The notes under the pieces were generated by a model. The model saw nothing but the letters and a program-made list of their open reading frames with translations, was not told where the DNA came from and ran no database searches. Made by a program: the position numbers and the translations under genes. From Mobula birostris (lineage: Eukaryota): a stretch of 64,000 bases of DNA. The DNA lies in contig NC_092376.1 in NCBI RefSeq assembly GCF_030028105.1, forward strand, positions 178,722,080 to 178,786,079. The letters are read 5' to 3'. Numbering within the stretch: the first letter of the stretch is position 1; the number at the start of each line of letters is the position of its first letter. Positions 50,031-61,895 of this stretch are shown here, piece after piece.

Positions 50031-50504
50031 GGATTGGAGGGTCGGCACAACATGGTGGGCCGAAGGGCCTGTACTGTGCTGTAGTATTCTATGTTCTATG
50101 TTCTGTGTTCTAAATTTACATCATTAATCTGAGACTCAACCTGATAAGGACCTAAAAATCTCCCCTGAAGAGGGTTTGAACTTATAGGTAATCGTACTAT
50201 AACCTTGTCTCCTACTTGAAGTTTTCTCAGATGGGCTTGTTTATCAAACCAGCGCTTCATTTTCCCTTGAGCTGTTTTCAAGTTTTGGTTTGCTAGTTCG
50301 CAAATTTTGTACAGCCCGTCCTTGAAGTTCAGCAAATAGTCTAACAAATTAATATGTAAGTCTTTATGAATCCACTGTTCCTTTAACAAGGTCAAAGGTC
50401 CCCTCAGTCTATAACCAAATACAAGTTCAAAAGGGCTAAAGCCCAGTGATCCTGCACCGATTCTCTTCCTGCGAACGAAAGCAAACGTAGCCCTTTATAC
50501 CAGT

Positions 50505-53500
50505 CGCTAGAACTACTCCTTCCCATTAACTGACCTGTCCCCTATAATTTGCATCTGCGCCTATCACCAATTTGAGTAGCTACATGAAATCTAGGCATTA
50601 TGATTTGTTAAATTACTGTCAGGCATATAGCAGCCCTCAAAGGAATTTCCCTGAAAGATTACCGATCCGATTGACATTTATAGAACATAGAATAGTACGG
50701 CACAGTTCAGGCCCGTCGGCCCACAATGTTGTGTCGACCCTCAGACCCTGCCTCCTATATAACCCCCCACCTTACATTCCTCCATATACTTGTCTAGTAA
50801 TCTCTTAAACTTCTCCAGTGTATCTGCCTCCACCACGGAGTCAGGCAGTGCATTCCACGCACCAACCACTCTGTGAGTAAATAACCTTCCTCTAATATCC
50901 CCCTTGAACTTCTCACCATTTACCTTAAAGCCATGCCCTCTTGTATTGAGCAGTGGTGCCATGGGGAAGAGGCGTTGTCTATCAGGTCTATCTATTCCTC
51001 TTATTATCTTGTACACCTCTATCATGTCTCCTCTCATCCGCCTTCTCTCCAAAGAGTAAAGCCCTAGCTCCCTTAATCTCTGATCATAATGCATACTCTC
51101 TAAATCTGGCAGCATCCTGGTAAATCTCCTCTGTACCCTTTCCAATGCTTCCACATCCTTCCTATAGTGAGGTGACCAGAACTGGACACAGTACTCCAAG
51201 TGTGGCCTAACCAAGTTTATGTAGCTTGTACTTATGTTGATTACTTGTTCCCTCCTGTATCGATCCCTTCGTTTTTCTCCTGCCAAGAATAGCTTTTGAT
51301 GTATCTGGCTATTTTATCGATGCAATCTTGCTTCTCGATGAAGGGCATTGGAGTTATGAACAGGAATACGCCCAACAGCTAACTACATTGGTCCTCGTAG
51401 CTTATACATAAGCTAAGCCCAAGTAAGTATTATAGTTTTCCCCCAGTGTACTAAACCCCAATAGTCCACACAACAAAAGTAATTTCTTTATAATTCAGTT
51501 TTCCTTCTTCCCTTCTTCAGGAGATAACAACTTGCACTTGGTTCCCTGTATCCATCCAGCCTTCCCTTAGACTTTCACAGCAGTCCTTGTCACCAGAAGC
51601 ACCTGATTTCACACCCTTTCTACCTAGAGGAAAGGGTGTCTTTCATAAGCGTCTTTACATATACATAGTCTCCAGGTTTAACGGGATGAATGTTTTTTTT
51701 TCCTCCCAGCTTAGGGAAGGCAGCAGCTACATGTCCTTAGTTTGCTCTTATTGCTTTGTCTCACAAATTCTATGGTTTTCTCATCGGTTCTGAGCAGGGA
51801 TGTTTGTGCATTAATCAAAGGAGGCAGAGACTCTGGCGGTAAAGGCCTTCACATTAATACTTCGAACTGAGTCAATTTAGTTGTCCGTCTCACTTGATTT
51901 CTGAGAGAATATAATGCTATGGGAAGAGCCTCTGGCTATTTCAATCCAGTTTCCTGATATACCTTAGCCAATATGTATTTTAATACTCCGTTCATTCTTT
52001 CTTTTAGTTCCGAGGACTGCGGCTGTTATGGAAGGTGTTATTCCAAAGTAAATCGTAACGCCGGAACCAATTCCTTAATTATTTTACATGAATGGAACCC
52101 CAAATCTAGGAATAAAATCCTTCATGAATATCTTAACCGCAGGTAGGGTGTCATCTTCTCTAGGGGGAAACGCCTCCCCCATTTGGAGAACGTATCTACT
52201 ATCACCGATACTTACAACCTCCGCCGGCTGGTATCTATCTGCAAATTGGGAAATGGTGCCGTCGCAGGTGGGAAATGATCAAATTTAGTTGGGTACCTTC
52301 CCCCATTGTGTCACTAGCAAATTTCACAGCTTCGCACAACCTGTCCCGCAATTATTGTTAGTCCGGGTGCAAACCACTATTGATGTATAATACCCCGATT
52401 CCTGGGACACCTAAAGAGATTATCCGGATGTCTCCATACCACCTCAGAGTCCTGAAAACTCTGTTTTCCCTTTCATACTCCCTTATGCTTTTGCGGAGTC
52501 CCGTCCTTGGCTGAAATTAAATTTTGCAGATTTGGTGTAAGGGTTACAAGAGTACATTGCACCTGCATATGTATTAGCATCACTTTTCCTGCATTATCGG
52601 CTTCTTTAGCAGATGCGTCCGCAGCAGCATTTCCCTTACTTCTGGGGTCTGCGCCATTAGTGTGAGCTTCGTACTTAATGACAGCAGTTTGCTTGGGCAG
52701 CTGCATTGCTTGTAACATTTTTATGAGATACGTATGCTGAGTGGCTTTACCCGCAGAAGTAATGAACCTCCGAAGTTTCCAAGGTGATCGAAAATCATGT
52801 CCCACCCCAAAGCCTATCTAGAGTCCGTATAGATGTTTACTGTGTGTCCCTCGTGTTAGAGTAAATAACTCCGCTTCCTGAGCAGAAGTTGCTTGGGGGA
52901 TGGTTTGTACCTCTAAAGTTTCAAAGACAGTCACTATTGCATAGCTTTCTAGTAGGATGTGATGGCTCGGCCTGCAAGAAGAGCCCTCTATATAACGCAT
53001 TAATTCTAGGTTATCAAGAGGCACAGCGGATAGGCTAGCAGACAGGTTTTAATACAGTCATGGGGATTTGATGACTCAGTCATAGGAACGAGGGTGGGCA
53101 GGCTGAATGCAGGTGCTCTTTTAAAAGTCAAATTCGACCGTTTAAGTATCCCGTGCGGTGGGCGGTATTGAAATGTTGCGTAGCAGCTGAGTTGTGGAGC
53201 AACATTGCAGCAGAGGAGTCAGTAGCATACAAGCATGCTACAGTATTAACGGTGCAGCCTTCTCGACTACTGACGCTGTCGTTACCACCGTCCTAAAACA
53301 TTCTGAAATTACTCTAACCACTAGATGTAATAGGGTGGAAAAATGCGGCACTGGTCTTCGTAAGCCACCGTGAGTTAATACTGCGCTTGCGACACGCTCA
53401 TTTTTATTCACATACAGCTGGAACGCCTTGCTGTACTAGGGCAATCCTCAGTCTATTGTATTGTATCAGATGCATCCTACGTTACTGCGACTCGTAGGAC

Positions 53501-56103
53501 AGCATCATAGATGCGGTATTCAGGTATTCAATATCGACAGTAATTTGGCATTGCCAGGAAAGGCATCATCTGTCTCTTGGCAAAAGGTCTGGGAGACTGA
53601 GCAATATGAGCCACACGCTGCGGCCCCAATCGGCGGGTTCCTTTGTGCAATATATACTCTGTCGGCGGTCACAGTTGGAAGTTCGACAAGGAGGTTGTCG
53701 CAATGACGTCTCTATGGCAAGTTTAATACCCCGATGGCTTCTGGAGTTAGGCGATATTGTTTGATGGACGGTTGTCGAGCACTTTGTTAAGAGTCACCTG
53801 ATGGGGAACTACTGACTTTCACTAATCCTACATGACTAGTATCTGGTGGGCTGCCTATGATCCCAAATCAATAAGCGTAAAAAGAAGGTTTCACTTCCAA
53901 TGATGCATGGGGCAGTGAATGTTGGCCCTTCAAGAAGAGCTCCTTCTGTTTCCTTTTGAACTGAACCTCAGCTGCTATTCTCTCAGGGCCAAAATATCCC
54001 TACCCGATAAGAATATTAGACACCCCTTACCTTCATGTTAATATGCTTGGTTAGTATAATCGTCATCGGGATCTGGATTGCTGAAGGCCACAGCACAATG
54101 TAGTGCAGATACTAGTTTACAAGTTCCGATCAAATCATTCAATAATTCTCCGGCTTTAATGTCATCTTCTATTTGCTGCCACAGCCAATCTCCCCAGGCT
54201 TTCCCCCCACTGTGCGGAGTTCGGGTAATCTATTTTCGGGGGTTTCCAGATATAATCCTTCGGAGGTACAATGAATTACCCATTTAGTGTTTAGACTGTG
54301 TGGCGTCCAAGCAAGGTAAGAGGTGCTATACTTGTTCTCTGCTATAACAAGTATTTCATCAATCAAAAATTTCCCTGCTTGTTCTTAACCGACTCGGACA
54401 GGGATTCTATCATAGGAACTCTGGTTATCTCTGCATTCTTAATAACTTTGCTGTCGTTTGGTAATGCCACTTCAGATTGGGCGATTTAAAAGAATGTGCT
54501 ACCTCTGATCAGGGACAATTTATAAACGTTTGCTTTGCAAGTGTTTTTTTTCCTGCAGGGGTATCCCTGCACTTGATTCCTGGAAAGCTACCATTTTACT
54601 TCTCAAATCATGTTGTGTACCTCAGACAGTATACAGCGTTTTTGTATCAAGACATTCCCTACTATTAGCGAGGAACCCGGAAGAGAGTCTGAGCTAATCG
54701 TTGGTCCCTCCTTGGCTGTTGCTGTTGTTGCTGCTGCTGTTGGCGGTCACAATGTCAGGGCACCGTAGCAGCTATTTCTATTATTTCCATATCATCTGGA
54801 AGCTCCAGATAAGGAGGATGTAATGCTATTGGAGGATATAGTCTGGGTTGGAGACGGTCGGAGCCGAGGGTCGTGATGCGAGCACCTCCGCATTCTGCGT
54901 AATTTGGTTTAACCTTCAGAGGCTGGTGCCGATTTGCCAACTCTTCCCATTCGTTAAAGCACCACATTATACACAGTATTTTAAATTGCAATTAGGATCT
55001 CTGCACCCTGATTTTGTTTCATTTCGCAAATGCTGAAACTTTTTAGAACAAAGAATCCACCATAGAGCCAATCCACGTAACTCCACCCATAGAGATCACG
55101 AGAAAAACGGTTTCAGAGTATTTGCTATCTCCCGTTTCCATCCAAATCTTGTCATCGGGGGACCCCGGGAAACCAGCGGGTCACTTAAGAGTTGTTTGGT
55201 CTTCAAATTTTTGAACGTCTTTCGTGTATTCTTATTCATTGGCACCTTTGCCAGAGGATCAGAGGGCCGCGATTGAAGAGATGTTTCTCCTCAGCTCTCC
55301 TCAGGTCGTTGAAATGTTCCGTTATTATTATTCATTTTCCTCCTCTAGCTACCGTTGTAACTATTTTTAATAACTATGCAATATCTAATATTCTTTTCAG
55401 GTAATATGTACAATCCCTTCTCTCCACTGGTTGACAAAGCACCTATCATTTGCCAAGGTCTCCTTAAATTTAGTTTAGATTTACTCTCCCGATGCTCTCA
55501 GGTTCCCTTCTTCCAATCCCACTCTTGTTCCTTTACTCGAACTCATGGGTCTCTGGCCGGTATGTGACAGCTCCGGTACCCGCGACCAGTATCGATCCCT
55601 GTTCCTCGAGCGAGTCCCTAGGATGGACTCACCCTAGTCGAATTTTGACCTCTAGCTTTTAAGTAAGTCTCATGGATAGATTCGTTCGCAATCTCGTATC
55701 ATAAGGATCCTATCTTCGTCGCCAAATTACGATCAAAGAATCTAGCCTGTTTTACCGTATTTTAATGTAAGAGAATTTCACCAGGTTATCAAAGACACAG
55801 ACCTCGCTATACAGTTAATCCCCTAATGCGTAATTATGGGGAACCGTTGTTTTACGATTCCCACAACATCAGGCTACATCTGAATTTTTTATAGAAACAT
55901 TTGGACAATAACGAACAGCTCGTTAGGGATCAGCCAATACACAAGTGTTACCACGCGGTATACAATACTAGAACTGCACGTCAACGTTCAGTTCCCCTAT
56001 CAGTCAAACAGCTTCGGACAAAGGTTAGTCATTATTGGCATCATCTATTGCTAGCTATTGTAAGCTAGCACAAACAAGACAGCGTCTGTGTCTTATCCTG
56101 ACA
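50505..56103 (-). mobile_element. Same ERV, unit 3 (RT core deleted at ~53695)
   Basis: RNase H ORFs at 52473-53024 and gag ORF at 54755-54991. About 470 bp of RT is missing. Confidence 0.88.
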
Positions 56104-56585
56104 CCCTCATGATCCAAATCAATGGCAATTCCGAGCTAGTAAAGCTTGATATTAAAATTTAATACAAAATTTAATTTTCTTTCACATTTAACCATGGATT
56201 GAAGCTGCCCCAATACAATGACATTTCAACTGTAAAAGCTCATCCGCAACGTTTCTTCGAGCGGATCACATCATAGAACAAATGCACAAATCTAACTGTC
56301 TGGGTCGGATACGAGGGAAACCAAACAATAAATCTAATTGGATCATAAAAATGCTAATAGAACCAACCTACTCTCTGTTGCATACTGACTGAACTTCTAG
56401 GTCTTGCTAAAATTATGGCCAAAATGCCATGTAATGGTTGTTGTTATATTTTACGCTGATAAACGCTGAAAATAAAATGAATTGAGCTTCTTTATCAACA
56501 ACTACATTTTATGGTGTGCACCATTAAATAGAGGAGAACGGTACAGCTTTAAGAGCATCAGTTGTAATTGACGAAAAGAACTGGT

Positions 56586-56606
56586 TGTGTCGCTGTCTAC
56601 CAATGA
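56586..56606 (+). promoter_or_regulatory. Pcdh promoter CSE, copy 3
   Basis: Identical motif, CGCT at 56591-56594. Confidence 0.85.
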
Positions 56607-56839
56607 GAAACTCAATTTCACAGTTGGATCCATTGCCCCTCCTACGCTCAGAATAAAAGGACAGAGTCAACGAAAGAGACAAGCATTACGTGCGTTTACA
56701 TTATGGTGTTAAGCTGAGGCGTAAAAATATTCTGTCTGTTTAGATTCGGTCTTTATCTGCATACGTTTCCGTCTTGTAGAAAGGACCTGTTCGGGATTAA
56801 TTGAGCAGAGGCCTGAGTAAATTAATTGAATGCGGAACA

Positions 56840-59227
56840 ATGGCGTCCAAATCCATATTAAGCTTCACTGTAATTGCACATAGTTTTATCGTGTGTGCTG
56901 CGGATCAAATTCCAGGACAATTTCGTTATTCTATTCCCGAGGAAATGGTCGAAGGGACAATTGTTGGGAATATTGCTCAAGATTTGGGATTGAATGTACC
57001 GCTTTTGTCAGCTCGTAAATTTATTCTCAGCTCCAATGACGGAGAACGGCACATGAAGGTTAGTTTGGACAATGGGCTTTTATCTGTTTGTGAAAGAATC
57101 GACAGGGAACGTATTTGTGGACAAGCAGATATGTGTACTATACCTTTGGAAATAATACTGGAAAATCCATTAGAGATATATCGCGGCGAAGTGGAGATTC
57201 TTGACGTAAATGACAATTCTCCTACATTTCGGGACACACATATTGCCTTACAAATGTCTGAAGCCATGACACCGGGGATACGTTTTCGACTCAAGAGCGC
57301 GGAGGATGCTGATACTGGAATGAATACTGTCGCGAATTACACAATCAGTTCGAGTGACTACTTCAGTCTGAAAACACGGAGAGCCGAGGAGGGTATTATA
57401 ATTGCTGAGTTGCTGTTAGAGAAACCTTTGGATCGAGAGCTACAATCATCCTTTCAACTGGTGCTTACTGCTGAGGATGGTGGGAATCCCCCGAGAACCG
57501 GAACAGCTCAGATTCTCATTACTGTATTTGACATTAATGATAATCCTCCTGTATTCGAGCATGATGTTTACAGGGGCACTATTAGTGAAGACGCACCACA
57601 AGATACCATTGTGTTAAAAGTTAAAGCAAACGATATGGACGAAGGGCTGAATGCAGAGCTAACATATTCTTTCAGTGATGTTATTAATTCGCGAAAAGTA
57701 CGTGATTTGTTTTCCTTGGACCCCAAAACTGGCGAGATTCGAGTAAAAGGGCAGCTAGATTTTGAAAAATCAAACAGCTATTCACTCGATATTCAAGCTG
57801 TTGATCACGGGTCACCTGCGATTACGGGACACTCGAAAGTGCTGATCAAGGTAACTGACGTGAATGACAACGCACCCGATATAAAAGTGAGGTCAACCAC
57901 AAACCAAATCCCGGAAAATGCTACCCCCGGAAATTTAATCACCTTGATTGATGTTATCGATCGTGATTCTGGAGAGAACGGTCAAGTGCGCTGCGAAATA
58001 CCACAGGACGTCCCTTTTATGCTACAGAGATCGTCCAATCATTATAAATTAATTACAAGTGGAACGTTGGACCGTGAAACAGTGTCTGATTATAAAATAC
58101 TTATTGCAGCCTGGGATTTGGGGTCACCTTCACTGTCAACAAATATAACCATCCATATCGTAGTTACAGATATAAATGATAATGCCCCACGCTTTACTGA
58201 ACTGCCCTACAACTTTTATGTGACTGAAAATAACTCTCCTGGAGCCTCCATCTTCGCAGTAACGGCGTCAGATCCTGATCTGGAGCAGAATTCCTATGTT
58301 TCTTATTCCATTCTGGACAGTTACATTCAAAACTTGCCAGTGTCCACGTACTTGAGCATTAACTCAGTGAACGGCACCATTTACGCTCTGCGCTCTTTTG
58401 ACTATGAGGAACACAAAAGTTTTCAGATTCATTTTCAAGCCCGTGACACTGGAGTGCCGCCGCTGAGCAGCAGCGCTACTGTGAATGTCATCATCCTGGA
58501 TCAAAATGACAACGCGCCAGTGATTGTTTCACCTTCAGAACATGGTGAGTCATCAGCCGTGGAAACCCTGCCCCGGTCAGCGGGTCAGGGATACTTGATC
58601 ACCAAGATAATGGCCACTGATGCAGATTCTGGTCAGAACGGACGGTTATTTTACCAAATGGTGAAAGCTACTGATCCCAGTTTGTTTATTATCGGTCAAA
58701 CGTCTGGTGAAATCAGAACAGCGCGCAAAATCTTGGAGGAGGATTTCAACACACAAACTTTGGTAATCTTGGTGAAAGACAACGGGCAGCCAAGCCTATC
58801 TGGCACAGTTACCCTTCGCATCACAATTTTGCAGAACAGCACCGAAACTTCCACTAAAAGCAGTAATTTAGTGAGAAATTCAAAATATTTATCCGATCTA
58901 AATCTTTATTTATTGGTTATTTTCAGTTGCACTTCCATTGTCTTTCTTCTGATTATCATCGTACTCATCGGAATCAAGTGTAAACAGGACAGAAATAACA
59001 CCCAAGACTATACTTCCCCCAGTTATTGTTACAAACGTGGGGATATGCAGGACACGTTTAATCGAAGATCTGCGATGGAGGAAACATTACGCTATCCTGG
59101 TACGGACCAGGTAGTCTGCATGCCAGGACTGCCTCAGTACTCGGTCTGCCTGTCTCCAGAATCAGCGAAAAGCGACTTCCTTTTCTTGAAGCCGTGCGGC
59201 CCCGCCATCTCCCAAGTTCAATGCTAA
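56840..59227 (+). CDS. Clustered-type protocadherin copy 3 (795 aa)
   Basis: Intact ORF, same layout, about 94% aa identity to copy 1 by manual count. Confidence 0.96.
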   Translation: MASKSILSFTVIAHSFIVCAADQIPGQFRYSIPEEMVEGTIVGNIAQDLGLNVPLLSARKFILSSNDGERHMKVSLDNGLLSVCERIDRERICGQADMCTIPLEIILENPLEIYRGEVEILDVNDNSPTFRDTHIALQMSEAMTPGIRFRLKSAEDADTGMNTVANYTISSSDYFSLKTRRAEEGIIIAELLLEKPLDRELQSSFQLVLTAEDGGNPPRTGTAQILITVFDINDNPPVFEHDVYRGTISEDAPQDTIVLKVKANDMDEGLNAELTYSFSDVINSRKVRDLFSLDPKTGEIRVKGQLDFEKSNSYSLDIQAVDHGSPAITGHSKVLIKVTDVNDNAPDIKVRSTTNQIPENATPGNLITLIDVIDRDSGENGQVRCEIPQDVPFMLQRSSNHYKLITSGTLDRETVSDYKILIAAWDLGSPSLSTNITIHIVVTDINDNAPRFTELPYNFYVTENNSPGASIFAVTASDPDLEQNSYVSYSILDSYIQNLPVSTYLSINSVNGTIYALRSFDYEEHKSFQIHFQARDTGVPPLSSSATVNVIILDQNDNAPVIVSPSEHGESSAVETLPRSAGQGYLITKIMATDADSGQNGRLFYQMVKATDPSLFIIGQTSGEIRTARKILEEDFNTQTLVILVKDNGQPSLSGTVTLRITILQNSTETSTKSSNLVRNSKYLSDLNLYLLVIFSCTSIVFLLIIIVLIGIKCKQDRNNTQDYTSPSYCYKRGDMQDTFNRRSAMEETLRYPGTDQVVCMPGLPQYSVCLSPESAKSDFLFLKPCGPAISQVQC

Positions 59228-61895
59228 ATTACAAGGAACTACAACATTAACGTAGACTTATTTCATGTGTGCTTATTTTTGTTTATATCCTGAGATGTGG
59301 GATACTGGGGTAAAGTATTTCAGAACATATTCCTTTCCAGCAACTGTTTTTGTAATGTTCTGTTGACAAAGAGTATAGTTGTTATAATGGTCAAAGATAA
59401 AATTTATATCAACCGGAATCCAGCCGTCTGAGCGTGGCATCTGTTACCTCTGGAGAATCTTACCTGCTGTCACTGAATGGTATTTTCAAATGTGTTGCTA
59501 TTCAGTCGGTAGCGTGAAAAAGGTTAGGGTTCGCATAGATTCGTATGTGTACTTCATGTTGTGATATTTTGAAAATTGAGATTAAAAATGCATTGACACA
59601 TTGAACTGTGTTCTAGTTGAGGTACTAGCAATTCACAGAATAAAACCGAAGGCAAATGTGCAGATGTTTTCATTTGAGAGACCAAAAATATACTGTAGAC
59701 CCTTAGCCTGTCAGTCTGCATATGTGATAAACCAGTTGTTTTCTTAGTTTCACATCCGTGCTGCCTTCAGAGCAAGTAAAATGAATAAAGAATTTAGTAA
59801 CATACACAAAATTCAGCCTGGCCCGCTGAGTTCCTCCAGCATATTGTGTATGTTGCTTGGATTTCCAGCATCTGCAGATTTTCTTTAGTTTGGAAAGAAT
59901 TTAGTTTTGCAATTACAGTACATATGATTGACGGATGGATGTAATAAGGGGATATCACTGATATGGACAGTCCAAGGGTAACACCGTAATAGTTTTCGTG
60001 ATCCCGGTAGTTATTTTTGTTTGGTTTCTGTATGTCGTAATGCTAACAGCAGGGATGTAGGATATGCCAAGCAGTCGCGAAAGTTACCCATTTCTAATCT
60101 AAACTCATCCCTTCTCCTGCAAGAAAGAACAAGAACAGTGTCGCTATTTATTAATTCCTACTCAAACAGATTTCAAAGTGAATGGAATTTACGCAATAGT
60201 CAACAAGATTTCATTCCTCACACTTTTTTTATATTCCTTTAAAGTAGCTCTCCTATGTACTTCCGCATCCCACAACAACTCCGTATCTTTAATCCGGTCG
60301 AAGTGCGGAAAGCCGGCCCTTCCTCCCCTCCCTCCCTTGCCCCCATCCAACGATCTGTTTCGCTTGGAGAAGTGATTTGCATAGAACACTTCTATTCTAC
60401 TTCTGAAGCATATTAATTTGGATAAATCCCCGTGGCTTGATCCAGCGTTTCCGGCGATATTTTGAGAAACTGGAGAGTACATTGCAAAGGTCTGGCGGAG
60501 ATGTATCCACAGTTTATTTTTGTCAAGTCTGAGGTATAGGCATGTGTTTTATGATGCACGTATATTTAAAGACGTTTCAAGAGCAACCCAGGGATCTGCA
60601 GGCCGGTGACAATCTCTGGTGGAAATTTGTTCGGGGGGGTTCCTGAGGGCCAGGATCTGCTAGCATTTGCATTGGGAGGAATTTAAGGGAATAGCTTGAA
60701 TTTGTGCTTGGGATGTCCTGTCGCACAATGCGGTCTGAGCTTTTTGAACAGGCGCTGAGGAAGACGACGAAATCAGGGTAATAGATATTAACTGCATAAA
60801 GTTTAACAAGCTCTTTGACGTGGTTGTTTAGACTGAAAGGGTAAGTCACATAGGATCCAAGACGAGTTAGTCAGCTGGATAAAAAATGACTAAGTGGAAT
60901 AATTCGGAGGTGCTAGTGGAGGGTTGTAATTTATATTGGTGGTCTGTGATCAATGGTGTGTCAAAGGTTATCAGTGATGATTTCATTCTTATTTGTTATT
61001 TATAATTACTGTTTGCATAAAAGAATTGTTCGCACGGTTAGTATCCTGGTGGAGAATATCAGAAAAGGCAATGTACTAGAGAGTGAAGAATATTATCTAA
61101 GCTAAATTCAACGTCTTCTAGAAAACTGTGCAAGTGGTCAAAGAAAGGTAGATCAAATATAAGTTAGACAAGTGCGACATGTTTCAATTTTTTCCATTAA
61201 ACCTGGTAGTGTGTACACAGTAATTCCTGCAAATCTGAAGAGCATCATAGAACAGAAACCTAAAGGCGCAGGTATATCGTTGCCTGAAGGTAAAGACAGC
61301 GGTACACAGTGATGGGAAGAAATAATTTAGTCTATTTACTTTCATAAACCACTATTTAGATTACTGATCCGCAGCTTTATGTTGCAACTGTGAGGTTCGT
61401 TGGTGAAACTACACTTATAATATGGTGTGCGGAAAGATAGCAATAGCTGGTAATGGTAAAGACATTTTTCGCAAGGTGCTCCCAGCACTGGTGGGCTTAC
61501 GTTGGAAGGAGTGGCTGCATAGGCTGAACTTTTATTAATCAGTAAGATAGGAGACAGAGCATTGACCTTATGACAGTGTATAAAATCAAACCGAGACAAA
61601 TAAGAGGAGCGCTGATAGACATGTTGGTCGGCATTGACGTGTTCAACCAAAGAGCTGATCTTAGAGTTTTATCACTAATACAAGAAATTGGTTATCGCAA
61701 TGTGGTGGTTCTACATTGATGAAATAAAAACAGATTCAGTGATTGATTGCAGCGCACAGGCTTTCAAACATGCATCCGGTAGTTAACCACGTTAATTCGA
61801 TGTCTCATTAACACTTTGCCCTTTCTAATCTGGCTTCCCGCATTGTTTCAACGAGGCAAAGGCAAGACAGCAAGATTGAGGAGTAACACTTCATC

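Larger units (their letters stand above)
45824..50111 (+). mobile_element. Near-full-length CR1 LINE (5'UTR, ORF1, ORF2, tail) with 7-bp TSD AAATTTA
   Basis: TSD at 45817-45823 and 50112-50118. Empty site gattatgaaatttacatcatt in unit 2 (~27000). Tail ttctatgttctatgttctgtgttct. Confidence 0.95.
45119..50505 (-). mobile_element. Gmr1-like gypsy pol fragment, unit 3, split by CR1 (parts 45119-45823 and 50112-50505)
   Basis: Gypsy sequence resumes exactly after the inserted LINE. Confidence 0.85.
39012..61895. repeat. Tandem segmental duplication unit 3 (extra 4.3-kb CR1, several private deletions)
   Basis: Collinear copy. The longer period is explained by the insertion at 45824-50111. Confidence 0.95.
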
